Positions 21,973 to 32,951 are shown, counted from the stretch's first letter. The stretch is 64,000 nt of DNA from Endomicrobiales bacterium (GCA_963794945.1 CAWCFT010000017.1:55303-119302); one strand, 5' to 3'. Translations and numbers: made by a program. Notes: a model not told the origin generated them from the letters alone.

Positions 21973-24155
21973 TGGGGACCTTCTCCTATCGGAGTTCCCG
22001 GCTTCCGCGCCAAAAGGATGGCGCTGGAGCGGAATTTCAACAGGTATGTTTGCTGATATTGCAAAAGCGGTTCCTTACCCGGAGCGAACAAATCGCACGG
22101 TGTTTCGTCAAACGTATCTACAGCAAGATGCCACTTGGCCCCGGGCGTTATCGAAGGTAAACGGAAATCAACCGCATCGGCGCCGGCATTGAACAGGAGG
22201 CATAACGCTCGGTGCTCGTCTTCGTGGATCAAACAGGCAAATTGCTTTTCCTTCGGATCGGTCCAGTTGGGCGATCCTCCTTGCGGGCCAAACCAATGTA
22301 TATCACCGTCCGCGTAAAATTGCTCCTTGCTCAAAACCGGATGGGCGAGGCGAAAAGCGATCATGCCCTGAGCAAACCTGTAAATCTCACGATGCTTTTC
22401 AAGATCGCCCCAGTCTATCCAGCTGTTTTCATTGTCCTGGCAGTAAGCGTTATTGTTGCCGCTTTGAGTGCGGCGGAATTCGTCTCCGGCCAACAGCATC
22501 GGCACTCCGCGTGAAACCAGCAAGGTCATAACAAAGTTTTTGATCTGGCGTTTCCGGACGGACTCTTTGCCGGCATCATTCGTCGGACCCTCATAGCCAT
22601 AATTTTCGCTGAAATTTTCATTTGTTCCGTCGTGGTTATTCTCTCCGTTTGCCTCATTGTGCTTTTCCCGATAACTCACCAGGTCGTTGAGAGTGAAACC
22701 GTCGTGGCAAGTGATGAAATTGATGCTGCCCTCGGGGCCTTTACCCGATTTGCCATAAATGTCGGCACTGCCGCAGAGGCGGTTGGCAAACAAACCGAGC
22801 ATCCCCTCATCGCCGCGCCAGAATCGCCGAACATCGTCTCTATACCGCCCGTTCCACTCCGCCCATCGACGCTGTGAAAAACTGCCAACCTCGTATGCTC
22901 CGGCAGCGTCCCAGGCCTCGGCAATGATTTTCACGTCTCTCAAGATCGGATCCTCAGCGATCCGTTCGAGAAGCGGAGCATTGGCTAACAGCTTGCCGTT
23001 GCCGTCCCGGCCGAGAACAGACGCCAGATCAAACCGGAATCCATCTACATGCATATCGATCATCCAATACCGGAGCGCGGCCAGGATATGGTCCCTCACC
23101 ACAGGATGGTTTGCGTTGACGGTATTGCCCGTACCCGTGTAGTCCTTGTAGTAACGTTTGTTGTCATCCAGTGTGTAAAAGATCGAGTTATCAATCCCGC
23201 GAAAACAGAGCGTCGGGCCGCGTTCGTCTCCTTCCGCCGTGTGATTGAACACAACGTCCAGGATCACTTCGATACCCGCATTGTGAAAAGACCGGATCAT
23301 TTCCTTGAACTCCAGCTTCTGCTGGCCCAAACCTCCCGAACTGCCGTAAGATGCTTTGGGCGCGCAGAAAACCACGGGGTCGTATCCCCAGTAATTGCTG
23401 AGCAATTGATTTGTTTGCGAGTTTCTGCGTGGGATGGAATTTCCATTAAACTCCTGAACGGGCATCAGCTCCACGGCGGTTACCCCCAGGGTTGTGAGAT
23501 AGGGGATCTTTTCTATCAGGCCCCGGTATGTGCCGGGATGCTCAACACCAGACGAGGGGTGAACGGAAAATCCGCGAACATGCATTTCATAAATAACTGT
23601 CTTCGACCAGGGATGCCGGAGTGGCTGATCGCCCTGCCAATCGAAGTGGTCATTAACACATATGCATTTCGGCATTGAACCGGCATTATCCCGCTTCGAG
23701 ATAACCACGTCTTGCGCCTGAGCCGATGGATCGTATCCGCGCGCCGATTCAAAGTCCCATGGCGGCAAATGTGAAATCGCGGTAGCGCAGGGATCCAGGA
23801 GAAGCCTGTTGAAATTGAAACGATCTCCTTTGCCGGGATCGTAAGGGCCATCCACGCGGTACGCATAGAGCTGGCCGAAACTGATCCCCTTCACCCAGAC
23901 GTGCCAAACGTCGCCGGTGCGGTTGTGTGCTGAATCGAAATCAATAATTCGGGAGGGCACTGCATCTTCGCAATGGTCGAACAACTCCAATCGAACACGA
24001 CTGGCATAACGGCTAAATAATGCAAAGTTAACTCCTCCCTCAGATTCATGGATTCCCAAAGGTAGAGGAGAACCGCTCCGAACATCAGCATGTTCGGAGA
24101 TCTTAGAGATATATGCGGGCACCCCGTCTTGGGGCGGCTTCGTCATCGTTGCCAT
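21969..24155 (-). CDS. glgX: Glycogen debranching enzyme (isoamylase, GH13)
   Basis: NYWGYDP, DVVFNHTAEG, DGFRFDLA, IAEAWD, FITCHDGFTLNDLVSY. Confidence 0.95.
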   Translation of the reverse strand: MATMTKPPQDGVPAYISKISEHADVRSGSPLPLGIHESEGGVNFALFSRYASRVRLELFDHCEDAVPSRIIDFDSAHNRTGDVWHVWVKGISFGQLYAYRVDGPYDPGKGDRFNFNRLLLDPCATAISHLPPWDFESARGYDPSAQAQDVVISKRDNAGSMPKCICVNDHFDWQGDQPLRHPWSKTVIYEMHVRGFSVHPSSGVEHPGTYRGLIEKIPYLTTLGVTAVELMPVQEFNGNSIPRRNSQTNQLLSNYWGYDPVVFCAPKASYGSSGGLGQQKLEFKEMIRSFHNAGIEVILDVVFNHTAEGDERGPTLCFRGIDNSIFYTLDDNKRYYKDYTGTGNTVNANHPVVRDHILAALRYWMIDMHVDGFRFDLASVLGRDGNGKLLANAPLLERIAEDPILRDVKIIAEAWDAAGAYEVGSFSQRRWAEWNGRYRDDVRRFWRGDEGMLGLFANRLCGSADIYGKSGKGPEGSINFITCHDGFTLNDLVSYREKHNEANGENNHDGTNENFSENYGYEGPTNDAGKESVRKRQIKNFVMTLLVSRGVPMLLAGDEFRRTQSGNNNAYCQDNENSWIDWGDLEKHREIYRFAQGMIAFRLAHPVLSKEQFYADGDIHWFGPQGGSPNWTDPKEKQFACLIHEDEHRALCLLFNAGADAVDFRLPSITPGAKWHLAVDTFDETPCDLFAPGKEPLLQYQQTYLLKFRSSAILLARKPGTPIGEGPQ

Positions 24156-26689
24156 AGGATATGAACCTCTTCCAGAGGGACCGCACTGCCGGCGAAAAAC
24201 GGTATCACCCGAGCTGTATAACTCTCCGCAGGCCGGTCCGCTGATACCGATATGCTATAGATGTACCCTCTTCCCACGCCCGTTAATTCTCGCCCTCGCT
24301 TCATCTCCAGCTTTACAGAATTACCCCCGTTGACGCCATTCGAATAAAGTTCAACGCGAACCGTATTCGGGTCGATGTCATTGAGATACACATGCACCTC
24401 AAAAACATGCTGCTCACCCCGAGTCTCAACCTGCGTTTCGCCGAAGCCCAGCGCGGACCATTTCTCTTTAAGAGCATGTTCCCAATTTACCATGTTCCTG
24501 CCTGCTGCGCCTTTATCGGAAGCGCGAGCAAGGTAAGATGCTGCGGCAGGAATGTAATGCTGTTCGGTATATTCACGCACCGTGCGGTTCGTGGAAAATC
24601 TTGGCGTCAAACGCGCCATGCTCTCTCTCATACGCGCCACCCATTCAACCGGTATGCCTTGCTCGTTGCGCCGGTAAAATTCCGGAATCACTTTCTGTTC
24701 CAGCAACTCATAAAGGGCTTCGGCTTCGATGTTGTCCAGCGTCGGGTCATCACCGTGTTCCTTTCCGTCACCTAGAGCCCAACCGACTTCCGGGCTGTAG
24801 GCTTCCGCCCACCAGCCGTCAAGTTCCGACAGATTGATGCCGCCGTTTACAAGAACCTTCATACCGCTCGTCCCGCTGGCCTCCCAGGGCCTGCGGGGCG
24901 TATTTATCCGAACATCCACCCCCTGCACCAGGCGAGCGGCGAGCAGCATATCGTAGTCGCTGAGAAATATCACGTGAGGGCGTATATACGGCCGCTGTAT
25001 AAAATTAATCCATTCCTTGATGAGGGCCTGCCCTGCCCAGTCTGCGGGATGGGCTTTACCGGCCATGATGAGCTGTACCGGGCGTTCAGTATTTGTTAGC
25101 AGGCGGCGCAGGCGTTCCGGGTCGCGCAAGAGCAGATTCGGCCTCTTGTAAGTGGCAAAGCGCCGCGCAAAACCAAGCGTCAGCGCGTTAGGGTCAAATA
25201 GATGTTTCACCACTTCAACCTGATCCTGCGGTGCCCCTGTGGATGCCAGCTGCCGGGATAATCTTTCACGGGCGTATTCGACAAGAGATTTGCTTGCGGC
25301 TGAACGGAACTGCCAAAGCCTGGCGTCGGGAATGCGGCGGATATTCTGTTCCATAGTTTCGGTTGTGCCAAGCCAGCGGTCTTTTCCGCAGGCCTCGGTC
25401 CAGAGATCATCGGATTCCGCCGAGTCCCAGCTCGACATATGAACTCCGTTGGTAACGTGACCTACGGGGACCTCGTCCACCGGCCAGCGCGAAAAAAGAG
25501 AAGAAAACAACTGCCTGCTCACTTTCCCGTGCAGGCGGCTCACGCCGTTGACCGCTCCGCTGCCGCGGATCGCAAGATATGCCATATTGAAAGGTTCAGA
25601 ATTGTCGCCGCCGTTTTGGCGGCCCAGCGCCATCAGATCATTAAATGAAATGCCTAATGCTTTCTGCGCATATATGCCAAGGTAATGTTCAATAAGAGAC
25701 GGCTCAAAACGGTCGAAGCCTGCAGCCACCGCCGTATGAGTGGTAAAAAGATTTCCTGCCCGCGTGACCGCGAGAGCCACGTCAAAAGGCACAGAGTTTT
25801 CCTTCATAAAACTCCGGGCGCGTTCAAGCACAGCAAAAGCTGCATGTCCCTCGTTTAAATGACAAACCTCCGGTTTTATACCAAGCGCTTCGAGCAGTCG
25901 CCACCCGCCAAGCCCAAGCAGCAGCTCCTGCTTAAGGCGCAGTTCAGAGCCGCCCCCGTAAAGTTCGCTCGTAATTCCGCGATGTGTCGGAATGTTCGCG
26001 GCGTCATTGCTGTCCAGCAGGTAAAGTTTAACTCTCCCAACCTGTACCTGCCATGCGCGCAACCATAACGAATAGCCGGGTAAGGTAATCTCCAACCGAA
26101 GCCACTCACCGTTCGGGTGACGCAAAGGCATGATAGGCAGTTGTCCGGGATCATTATATGGATAAATTGCCTCTTGTTCCCCGTTCCTGTTGATTATCTG
26201 GCGAAAATAACCCTGCTGGTATAAGAGGCCCACACCGATCACAGGCACACCCAGGTCGCTGTCGGCTTTAAGCTGATCGCCGGCTACGTTGCCGAGTCCG
26301 CCGGAGTAAATGGGCAGAGCTTCGCTCAGCATAAATTCCATGCTGAAATAAGCGACGTTGGTCAGCGGGCTCTGCGGATGATTCTTCTGGAACCATGCTG
26401 GAACTTCCAGCGCCTCACGCCGGGCCAGCGCCAATTCTTCGACGGTCTTGCGAAAAACCGGGTCTGCCAAAACATGCTCTATCTGGTCGCGGGAAACGGT
26501 CCGCAGGACAACCCACGGATTATGAGTAAGTTCCCACAGCACGGGATCAAGCTGCCGCCAAACATTATCTGTAGCGTGGTTCCACGACCAGCGCATATTC
26601 AGGGCAAGTTCAGCCAGAAGATCAAACCCCTCGACATCTTTAGGCAACAGGCTGTATATCGGTTTATTGACAGGCTCTTTTTCGCTCAT
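24143..26689 (-). CDS. glgP: Alpha-glucan (glycogen) phosphorylase
   Basis: YSGGLGNVAGD, ARRFATYKR, PLP-Lys motif EASGTSGMK. Confidence 0.95.
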   Translation of the reverse strand: MSEKEPVNKPIYSLLPKDVEGFDLLAELALNMRWSWNHATDNVWRQLDPVLWELTHNPWVVLRTVSRDQIEHVLADPVFRKTVEELALARREALEVPAWFQKNHPQSPLTNVAYFSMEFMLSEALPIYSGGLGNVAGDQLKADSDLGVPVIGVGLLYQQGYFRQIINRNGEQEAIYPYNDPGQLPIMPLRHPNGEWLRLEITLPGYSLWLRAWQVQVGRVKLYLLDSNDAANIPTHRGITSELYGGGSELRLKQELLLGLGGWRLLEALGIKPEVCHLNEGHAAFAVLERARSFMKENSVPFDVALAVTRAGNLFTTHTAVAAGFDRFEPSLIEHYLGIYAQKALGISFNDLMALGRQNGGDNSEPFNMAYLAIRGSGAVNGVSRLHGKVSRQLFSSLFSRWPVDEVPVGHVTNGVHMSSWDSAESDDLWTEACGKDRWLGTTETMEQNIRRIPDARLWQFRSAASKSLVEYARERLSRQLASTGAPQDQVEVVKHLFDPNALTLGFARRFATYKRPNLLLRDPERLRRLLTNTERPVQLIMAGKAHPADWAGQALIKEWINFIQRPYIRPHVIFLSDYDMLLAARLVQGVDVRINTPRRPWEASGTSGMKVLVNGGINLSELDGWWAEAYSPEVGWALGDGKEHGDDPTLDNIEAEALYELLEQKVIPEFYRRNEQGIPVEWVARMRESMARLTPRFSTNRTVREYTEQHYIPAAASYLARASDKGAAGRNMVNWEHALKEKWSALGFGETQVETRGEQHVFEVHVYLNDIDPNTVRVELYSNGVNGGNSVKLEMKRGRELTGVGRGYIYSISVSADRPAESYTARVIPFFAGSAVPLEEVHILWQR

Positions 26690-28387
26690 AGTTTCTCCTT
26701 TCCGCGCTGCTCATACTGTAGCGTCTTTGTCGTCATATCAGTGACCGTTGGCGGGCCGAAATACTGGATCGGGCCGGGGGAAATGTAACTTTCAGTCATC
26801 GCCCATTTCTCCCGGTTCTTCTCAAACGCCTTAAAAGGCGCGTCGTCCAGTCGTACCAGCGCCTTCCGGATGACGGGCTTATGTCGCCCATTCCTTCTTT
26901 CGATGTTCAACATCATTGTGATTGGCGCACCGCCGCATTGCCATTGCCGTGGTTCATTTATCAGATTTCCGACCAATGAAAGATAACCGTTGAAACCATT
27001 CAAAACAAGAAGCCGCCGCGTTATAGCCCAGGGCGTATGCATATTGCGCGTCGAAATTTGACGGCGCTCCGCTCCTGCCTTCATATCCGAAGAAATGAGT
27101 GATCGTGGAAAAATTCCCCTGGTATGTTCCTGCCTTCTTCATGTCCGAGAGCCGGATCCTGACCATTTCGATAAGCAGTTTTTCCGTATCTATCAACGAT
27201 ACCTGCACGTTGCCGTGCGAGTCTCTTTCAAGCATCATCTGTTCCGATATCTCTCCCGGCAGAGATCTCATAAACTTCGATGAACGCGCCGGGAGCTTCG
27301 AATACACTAATTTTTTCTTGTCATCAATGTGCGGCAGGGAACTTAACTTCCCCTCGTTTTCAGCCAGAATCTCATTCAGGTTTGATATAAGCTTTTTCAT
27401 CTCGGGAATGAACTCGATTAGGCCTTCGGGGATAATCGCTACACCGAAATCTTTCTTTTCCCCCGCTCGGCGAGACACAACCTCAGCTATGGATTCTACG
27501 ATCTGAGCGAGCGTCATATTCTTTGCCAGCGCTTCTTCGCCGATAAGGGTGATGTTCGGCTGTGTCTTGAAAGCAACCTCAAGCGCAATGTGCGAAGCGC
27601 TCCGGCCCATCAACCGCACGAAATGCCAGTGTTTCCGCGCCGAATTGACGTCGCAGCAGATGTTCCCGGCAAGTTCCGAGTATATTTTTGTGGCGGTATC
27701 GAAACCGAACGAGGCCTCGATCTGTTCACTCTTCAGGTCACCGTCGATCGTCTTGGGAACGCCGATGACGCTAAAGTCCACACCCTCGTTCTTGAAGTAC
27801 TCGGCCATAAGCGCCGCGTTCGTGTTGGAATCGTCTCCCCCTATGACGACGAGCGCGTCGATATTGTTGCCCAGCAGGGTCTTTTTGGCAAGCTCGAACT
27901 GTTCCGGGCTCTCAATACTCGTCCTGCCGGACCCGATAATATCGAAACCGCCGGTATTGCGGTACTCGTCCATGAGCCGCGCCGTGATCTCTTTCCATTT
28001 ATTTTCCAGTATTCCCGACTGGCCTCCGAGAAATCCGATCAGCTTGTTTTCAGGGTTCGCTTTCTTCAGGCCGTCAAATAGCCCTGCGATTACGTTGTGG
28101 CCGCCCGGCGCCTGACCGCCCGAGAGTACGGCGCCCACCTTAACGATCTTTTTAGAGGCTACCGGGTTCTTCGCTCTGCTAAACGTAACCAGGGGCATAC
28201 CGTAGGTACGCGGAAACAGTTTTCGCACCATTTCCTGGTCAGCAATGCTCCCGGTCAGTTTACCAGACACCGGCAGGACCGCCCCCGGCCCGTTTTTATA
28301 AATCTCAGGAAGAGTTGGACGAAATTTCATCCTCGCCCGTTTTAATTCAGACATCATACTCTTTTGCATCATTCGTAGCCCTTTCAT
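26686..28387 (-). CDS. pfp: PPi-dependent phosphofructokinase, long type (frameshift ~27015)
   Basis: SGGQAPGGHN, GGDDSN (PPi signature Asp), PKTIDGD, MGRSASH; the C-terminal part has YISPGPIQYFG. Confidence 0.92.
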
Positions 28388-30029
28388 TTTGCTCCAATAG
28401 CATCATTCACGATTATCTGAGCTTCTTCAAGGATTTTGCGCAGATGATCCTCTCCCTTGAAACTCTCCGCGTATATCTTGTATATATCTTCGGTGCCCGA
28501 AGGCCTTGCGGCAAACCAACCGCTTTCGGTTGTTACTTTCACACCGCCGATTGGCGCGCTGTTGCCAGGCGCGTTACTTATGACACTTTTAATATTTTCG
28601 CCAGCAAGCTCTTTGATCGTAACCTGTTGGGGCGAAAGTTTAGCCAAAGCTTCTTTTTGCTCAGGAGTTGCAGGCGCTTCCACGCGGTCGTAAACAGGTT
28701 CGCCGAACTCGCGTGTTAATTTGCGGTAGATCTCTCCGGGATCGCGGCCCATTTTTGCCGTTATCTCAGCTGACAGAAGAGCCGGAACAATTCCGTCTTT
28801 ATCAGTTGTCCAAACCGTGCCATCTAAACGGACGAAAGACGCACCCGCGCTCTCTTCCCCGCCGAAACCAAGCGTTCCGTCCAACAACCCGTCCGCGAAC
28901 CATTTAAAACCAACCGGAACCTCGTAAAGTTTGCGTCCAAGTTTTGCAGTGACAAGGTCTATCGTCCGGCTGCTAACCACGGTCTTGCCGACCATGGCTT
29001 CCTTGCGCCATTTTGGCCTGTGTTGAAAAAGGTAGAAGATGGCTACTGAAAGATAGTGATTGGGCGCAAGCAGTCCGGCGCTTTTAGTAACAATCCCATG
29101 CCTGTCGTGGTCAGTGTCGCAGGCAAAAGCGATATCGAAGCGGTCTTTTAAACCGATAAGCTTCTGCATAGCGTAAGGTGAGGACGGATCCATTCTTATC
29201 TGCCCGTCCCAATCCACTGTCATAAAGCGAAAAGTCGGGTCAACAACATCGTTTACAACCGTCAGGTTCAACCCATAACGTTCGGCGATCGGAGCCCAGT
29301 AATGAACGCCAGCGCCGCCGAGAGGGTCAACACCTATGCTTATCTTAGCGCCGCGGATTATGTCCATGTCGATCACGTTGCAGAGATCGCTTACATATTC
29401 ATCCAGGAAATTATGCCGGTGCGTCGTACCGGCGCGAAGGGCCTTCTCAAAAGGCATTCTTTTTACATCCTTAAGGCCTCCCTCAAGCAATTCGTTCGCT
29501 TTTGCTTCTATCCAGCCGGTGACATCGGTTTCGGCCGGCCCGCCATTGGGAGGGTTGTATTTGAAACCTCCGTCATGCGGCGGATTATGCGAAGGTGTGA
29601 TAACTATACCGTCGGCAAGCCCTGTCTTGCGTCCGCGGTTGTATGTAATAATTGCGTGAGAAATAACGGGGGTCGGGGTGTATTCTTCTTTATCCGCCAT
29701 CATTACTTCCACCTCGTTGGCAGCAAGCACCTCAAGGGCGGTTGCAAAAGCCGGAACGGAGAGCGCGTGCGTATCCATTCCTATGAACAGGGTGCCGTCA
29801 ATTTTTTTCTGGTTGCGGTAGAGGCAAATGGCTTGAGTGATGGCGAGAATTTGCTTTTCATTGAACGCTTTATCGAAGGCTGACCGCGGTGCCCTGAAGT
29901 GCCGAACGCAACCCTCTGCGCAGGTACTGCCGGATCAGGCGCTTCGGTATAATATGCTGTGATAAGTTTGGGCACATTAACCAGCATTGCAGGCTTGGCA
30001 AGTTTTCCCGCCAAAGGACTTATTTTCAT
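28384..30029 (-). CDS. pgm: Phosphoglucomutase, alpha-D-glucose-1,6-bisphosphate-dependent (frameshift ~29880)
   Basis: AFGTSGHRG, TPSHNPP, DTDHDRH, GGEESAG, RPSGTEDIYKIYAESF. Confidence 0.95.
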
Positions 30030-30054
30030 GTCACTTACCTCATTGAAACCGGGT

Positions 30055-30447
30055 TTAGCGAAACATGGGGTATCGAGCGTAATGACTGATGCCGAAAAAC
30101 AGTAATATAATTATCAATATCCATAAGATCCCATTTTCAATCGCTTTATTCGCGTCGACTACAACCTTCTCTTGTTCCGTTACGCGTTTGCGGGAAGGCC
30201 TGGGGCTTGCCGCCACAAGCAACAGTGAAATCAAAATTCCCATTAAAACAATCGGCAGCCAGTTCGATCCATGCCACAGCGGCCCAAAAGGCACAAGCCA
30301 TATGCCACCCGCCCATGAAAAAAGCGACACCAAGAGAAAAAACCACAGAAAACTGTTCCAAGGCCCCCTTGTGCCGAAAATAATAAAAAAACTCCACACA
30401 ATAAAAAAACCAAAAGCCAGAGCGACAAATAGATCAGCTATAAACAT
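30055..30447 (-). CDS. Hypothetical 4-TM membrane protein
   Basis: Hydrophobic ORF overlapping the tal stop; RGPW...WAGGIWLVPFGP. Confidence 0.7.
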   Translation of the reverse strand: MFIADLFVALAFGFFIVWSFFIIFGTRGPWNSFLWFFLLVSLFSWAGGIWLVPFGPLWHGSNWLPIVLMGILISLLLVAASPRPSRKRVTEQEKVVVDANKAIENGILWILIIILLFFGISHYARYPMFR

Positions 30448-31582
30448 AAGCTTCCCCCTTTTGTTTCTGCACCGACTTTTTTGTTAAGGTCTCCATCAGT
30501 TTATCGAAAGGTTCTTCAAATTTTTTGACGCCCTCGTCTTCAAGCTGCCGGGTCACATTGTCTATACTGATACCGAGTTCTGGTAAATGCGCTATTATCC
30601 AGCCTGCTTGTTTGACATTTTGATCGAGGCTTGGCCTGGGATCGCCGTGATCGCGATACGCTTCGATGGTTTTAAGAGGGGCCGTGTTTACGGTATCCGG
30701 GCCGATCAGCGGTTCAATGTATTTTACGTCGCTGTACTCCGGATTCTTTGTGCCTGTGCTGGCCCAGAGCAACCGCTGAGCGCGGGCGCCCTTATTTTCC
30801 AGTTTCTTGAACCTGTCACTGCCAAATATTTCTTTATATATATGATAAGCCGCCTTAGCGCTCGATATAGCCACTTGTCCGCACACCTTCTGCGCGATTT
30901 CCGACTTTTCATTTTCCGGAACTATAAATTTCTCTACGAGCGGGTCCACTAGTGTGTCAATACGGCTTAAAAAGAAGCTGGCTACGGAAGCTATATGACT
31001 CACCAGTTTGCCTTGAGCCGCGCGCGCTTCCAGGCCCGCGATGTATGCCTCGGCAACTTCTCTATAACGAGGCAGTCCAAATAGTAAAGTAACATTGACG
31101 TTGATACCTTCGCTGATGAGCTGCTTTATGGCTGGCAGGCCTGCGATAGTTGCCGGGACTTTTATGAATACGTTTGGCCTGTCGAGCGCCGCCCACAACC
31201 GCCGTGCTTCTTCAATTGTGCCTTTGGTGTCTCGGGCCAGATGAGGGTTGACTTCCAGGCTGACATATCCGTCCGCGCCGTCAGTCTTTTCATACACGGG
31301 TTTGAACTCGTCGGCGGCGTTCTGCACATCGTGCTGGCTGAGAGTTTCATAGATTAGTTTAACATCCTTTTTCTCAAAAGACATATCGTGAATTTCCTTG
31401 TCGTAAAGGTTGCTTTCCGCTATCGCTTTCTCAAAAATAGCGGGGTTAGAGGTAATTCCGCTTATTCCATCTTCTTCGATCAAATGTCGGAGCTCACCGC
31501 TCGATATCAGGTCGCGCCTGATGTAGTCAAGCCAGATCGATTGCCCCAGCGTTTCCAGCCTTTTTAACGGGTTCTCATTCAT
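30434..31582 (-). CDS. tal: Transaldolase
   Basis: GQSIWLD, TSNPAIF, VSLEV, IKVPAT, NVTLLF, ASFFLSRID, WASTGTKNP. Confidence 0.95.
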   Translation of the reverse strand: MNENPLKRLETLGQSIWLDYIRRDLISSGELRHLIEEDGISGITSNPAIFEKAIAESNLYDKEIHDMSFEKKDVKLIYETLSQHDVQNAADEFKPVYEKTDGADGYVSLEVNPHLARDTKGTIEEARRLWAALDRPNVFIKVPATIAGLPAIKQLISEGINVNVTLLFGLPRYREVAEAYIAGLEARAAQGKLVSHIASVASFFLSRIDTLVDPLVEKFIVPENEKSEIAQKVCGQVAISSAKAAYHIYKEIFGSDRFKKLENKGARAQRLLWASTGTKNPEYSDVKYIEPLIGPDTVNTAPLKTIEAYRDHGDPRPSLDQNVKQAGWIIAHLPELGISIDNVTRQLEDEGVKKFEEPFDKLMETLTKKSVQKQKGEAYVYS

Positions 31583-32037
31583 TATTCCGTCTCCTTTATT
31601 TCCAGGGCCGCGACTTTCCTGAGGCGGCGTTGGAAACGTTTTGTAGCGCGATATTTTGCTTGAAGAAATGTATTGACTAATTCCCAGGCAAGCGAAAAGC
31701 CGACTACACGGCCACCAAGGCAGATCATGTTCATGTCGTCATCTTCCACTCCCTGGTGAGCTGAAAATGTTTCATGGATCAGGCACGCCCGCACACCCGG
31801 AATCTTATTGGCCGCAACACAAGCCCCTACCCCGCTGCCGCAGATCGCCAGGCCCCGGGTGACCTCGCCCTTAGCCACCGCCCTTGCTAGGGGCGCGACA
31901 AAGTCCGGGTAGTCATCCCCCGTAACCAACTTTTTGGCTCCGAAGTCCACTACCTTATAACCGGCTCTCTTGAGTTCCGCGCTCAACTGCATTTTCAACT
32001 CAAACCCGCCATGGTCTGCTGCTATGCCAACGCGCAT
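31582..32037 (-). CDS. rpiB: Ribose-5-phosphate isomerase B (RpiB/LacAB)
   Basis: AADHGGFELK, DDYPD, ICGSGVG, ANKIPGVRA. Confidence 0.92.
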   Translation of the reverse strand: MRVGIAADHGGFELKMQLSAELKRAGYKVVDFGAKKLVTGDDYPDFVAPLARAVAKGEVTRGLAICGSGVGACVAANKIPGVRACLIHETFSAHQGVEDDDMNMICLGGRVVGFSLAWELVNTFLQAKYRATKRFQRRLRKVAALEIKETE

Positions 32038-32082
32038 TACTTTACCTCCATACTCGGTGTAAATTATGTTCTAAGCAACCTT

Positions 32083-32613
32083 CTAGAGATCGATAGTTGG
32101 TTTATTGATGATGATCCATTGACTCTGGTTTCGTGCGGTCAGAATTTTTTTGGCAAGAATTGCATCTTCAGCGGAACCGTGCGCAAGAAGGACGAATTTG
32201 TCGTTTTTGATGGCTATCTCGTACCGCAAAATGCTGTCTTTGGGTATGCCAAGTCCATACAAGCCAGCCCCAAGAGCGCTCAGGCCGCCAATTACAACGG
32301 CGCCTTCCAGCGCCTCTACTATCCAAACAACCAACTGCCCTCCCACCAAAAGCGGCCCCACACCTGGAACCCAAAAGAACGCAGAACCGAAAATAAGCCC
32401 CCATATCCCGCCCCAAAAGGCGCCGGTTTTGCCCCACACTTTCATCCGATCGCCGGTATTGTAATAACCGACCACATGCTCATCTGTGTTATAATCGCGC
32501 CCGACGATCGACAGTTTTTTCATATCAAAACCGCCTTGCTGCAGTTCCTTGACAGCCGCTTCGGCAGCCGTGTGTGTTGGATATATCGCTACTATGGAAT
32601 TGTTTTTGTTCAT
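32083..32613 (-). CDS. General-stress / DUF1269-like membrane protein
   Basis: AEAAVKELQQGGFDMKKLSIVG followed by a glycine-zipper TM region (GAFWGGIWGLIFG...PGVGP). Confidence 0.75.
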   Translation of the reverse strand: MNKNNSIVAIYPTHTAAEAAVKELQQGGFDMKKLSIVGRDYNTDEHVVGYYNTGDRMKVWGKTGAFWGGIWGLIFGSAFFWVPGVGPLLVGGQLVVWIVEALEGAVVIGGLSALGAGLYGLGIPKDSILRYEIAIKNDKFVLLAHGSAEDAILAKKILTARNQSQWIIINKPTIDL

Positions 32614-32908
32614 GTTAATAGCTCCTTTTTAAAATTTGCCTTACCTGCAAAAAATCCCATGATATTTTGCTTTTATACTGCTGTTCCCATTCAACCTCCT
32701 TAAGTGCTTCACAATGAACAACAATGGTTAGCGCCTTTACCATATACTGACTAATTTATATGGCAAACAGAATGACCAGGTTCCCACATAAGCTGACTTT
32801 TTCCATATTTTATAATCCGTATATAAAAATAGTTATTTTTTATCGTATTATTGATAAAATCAACCAGCTCGGCACGCCCTGAGAAATTTAATGCTTCCTT
32901 ATGTTGGC

Positions 32909-32951
32909 ATTTTATGGATTAAGTTGAAGCCGGTCAATTGTACCTTGGTAT
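32909..32951 (-). promoter_or_regulatory. Sigma70-type promoter TTGACC-N17-TAAAAT with upstream TACC-N2-GGTA palindrome, heading the carbohydrate gene run
   Basis: -35 at 32932-32937 and -10 at 32909-32914; near-identical to 6226-6268. Confidence 0.7.

Noticed and set aside
6246..32951. 23-bp direct repeats as attL/attR of a 26.7-kb element
   Set aside because: Both copies contain a -35 box spaced 17 nt from a -10 box, and genes on both sides of the left copy share the EPK/DUF2934-like tag; duplicated promoters explain this more simply, though not definitively.
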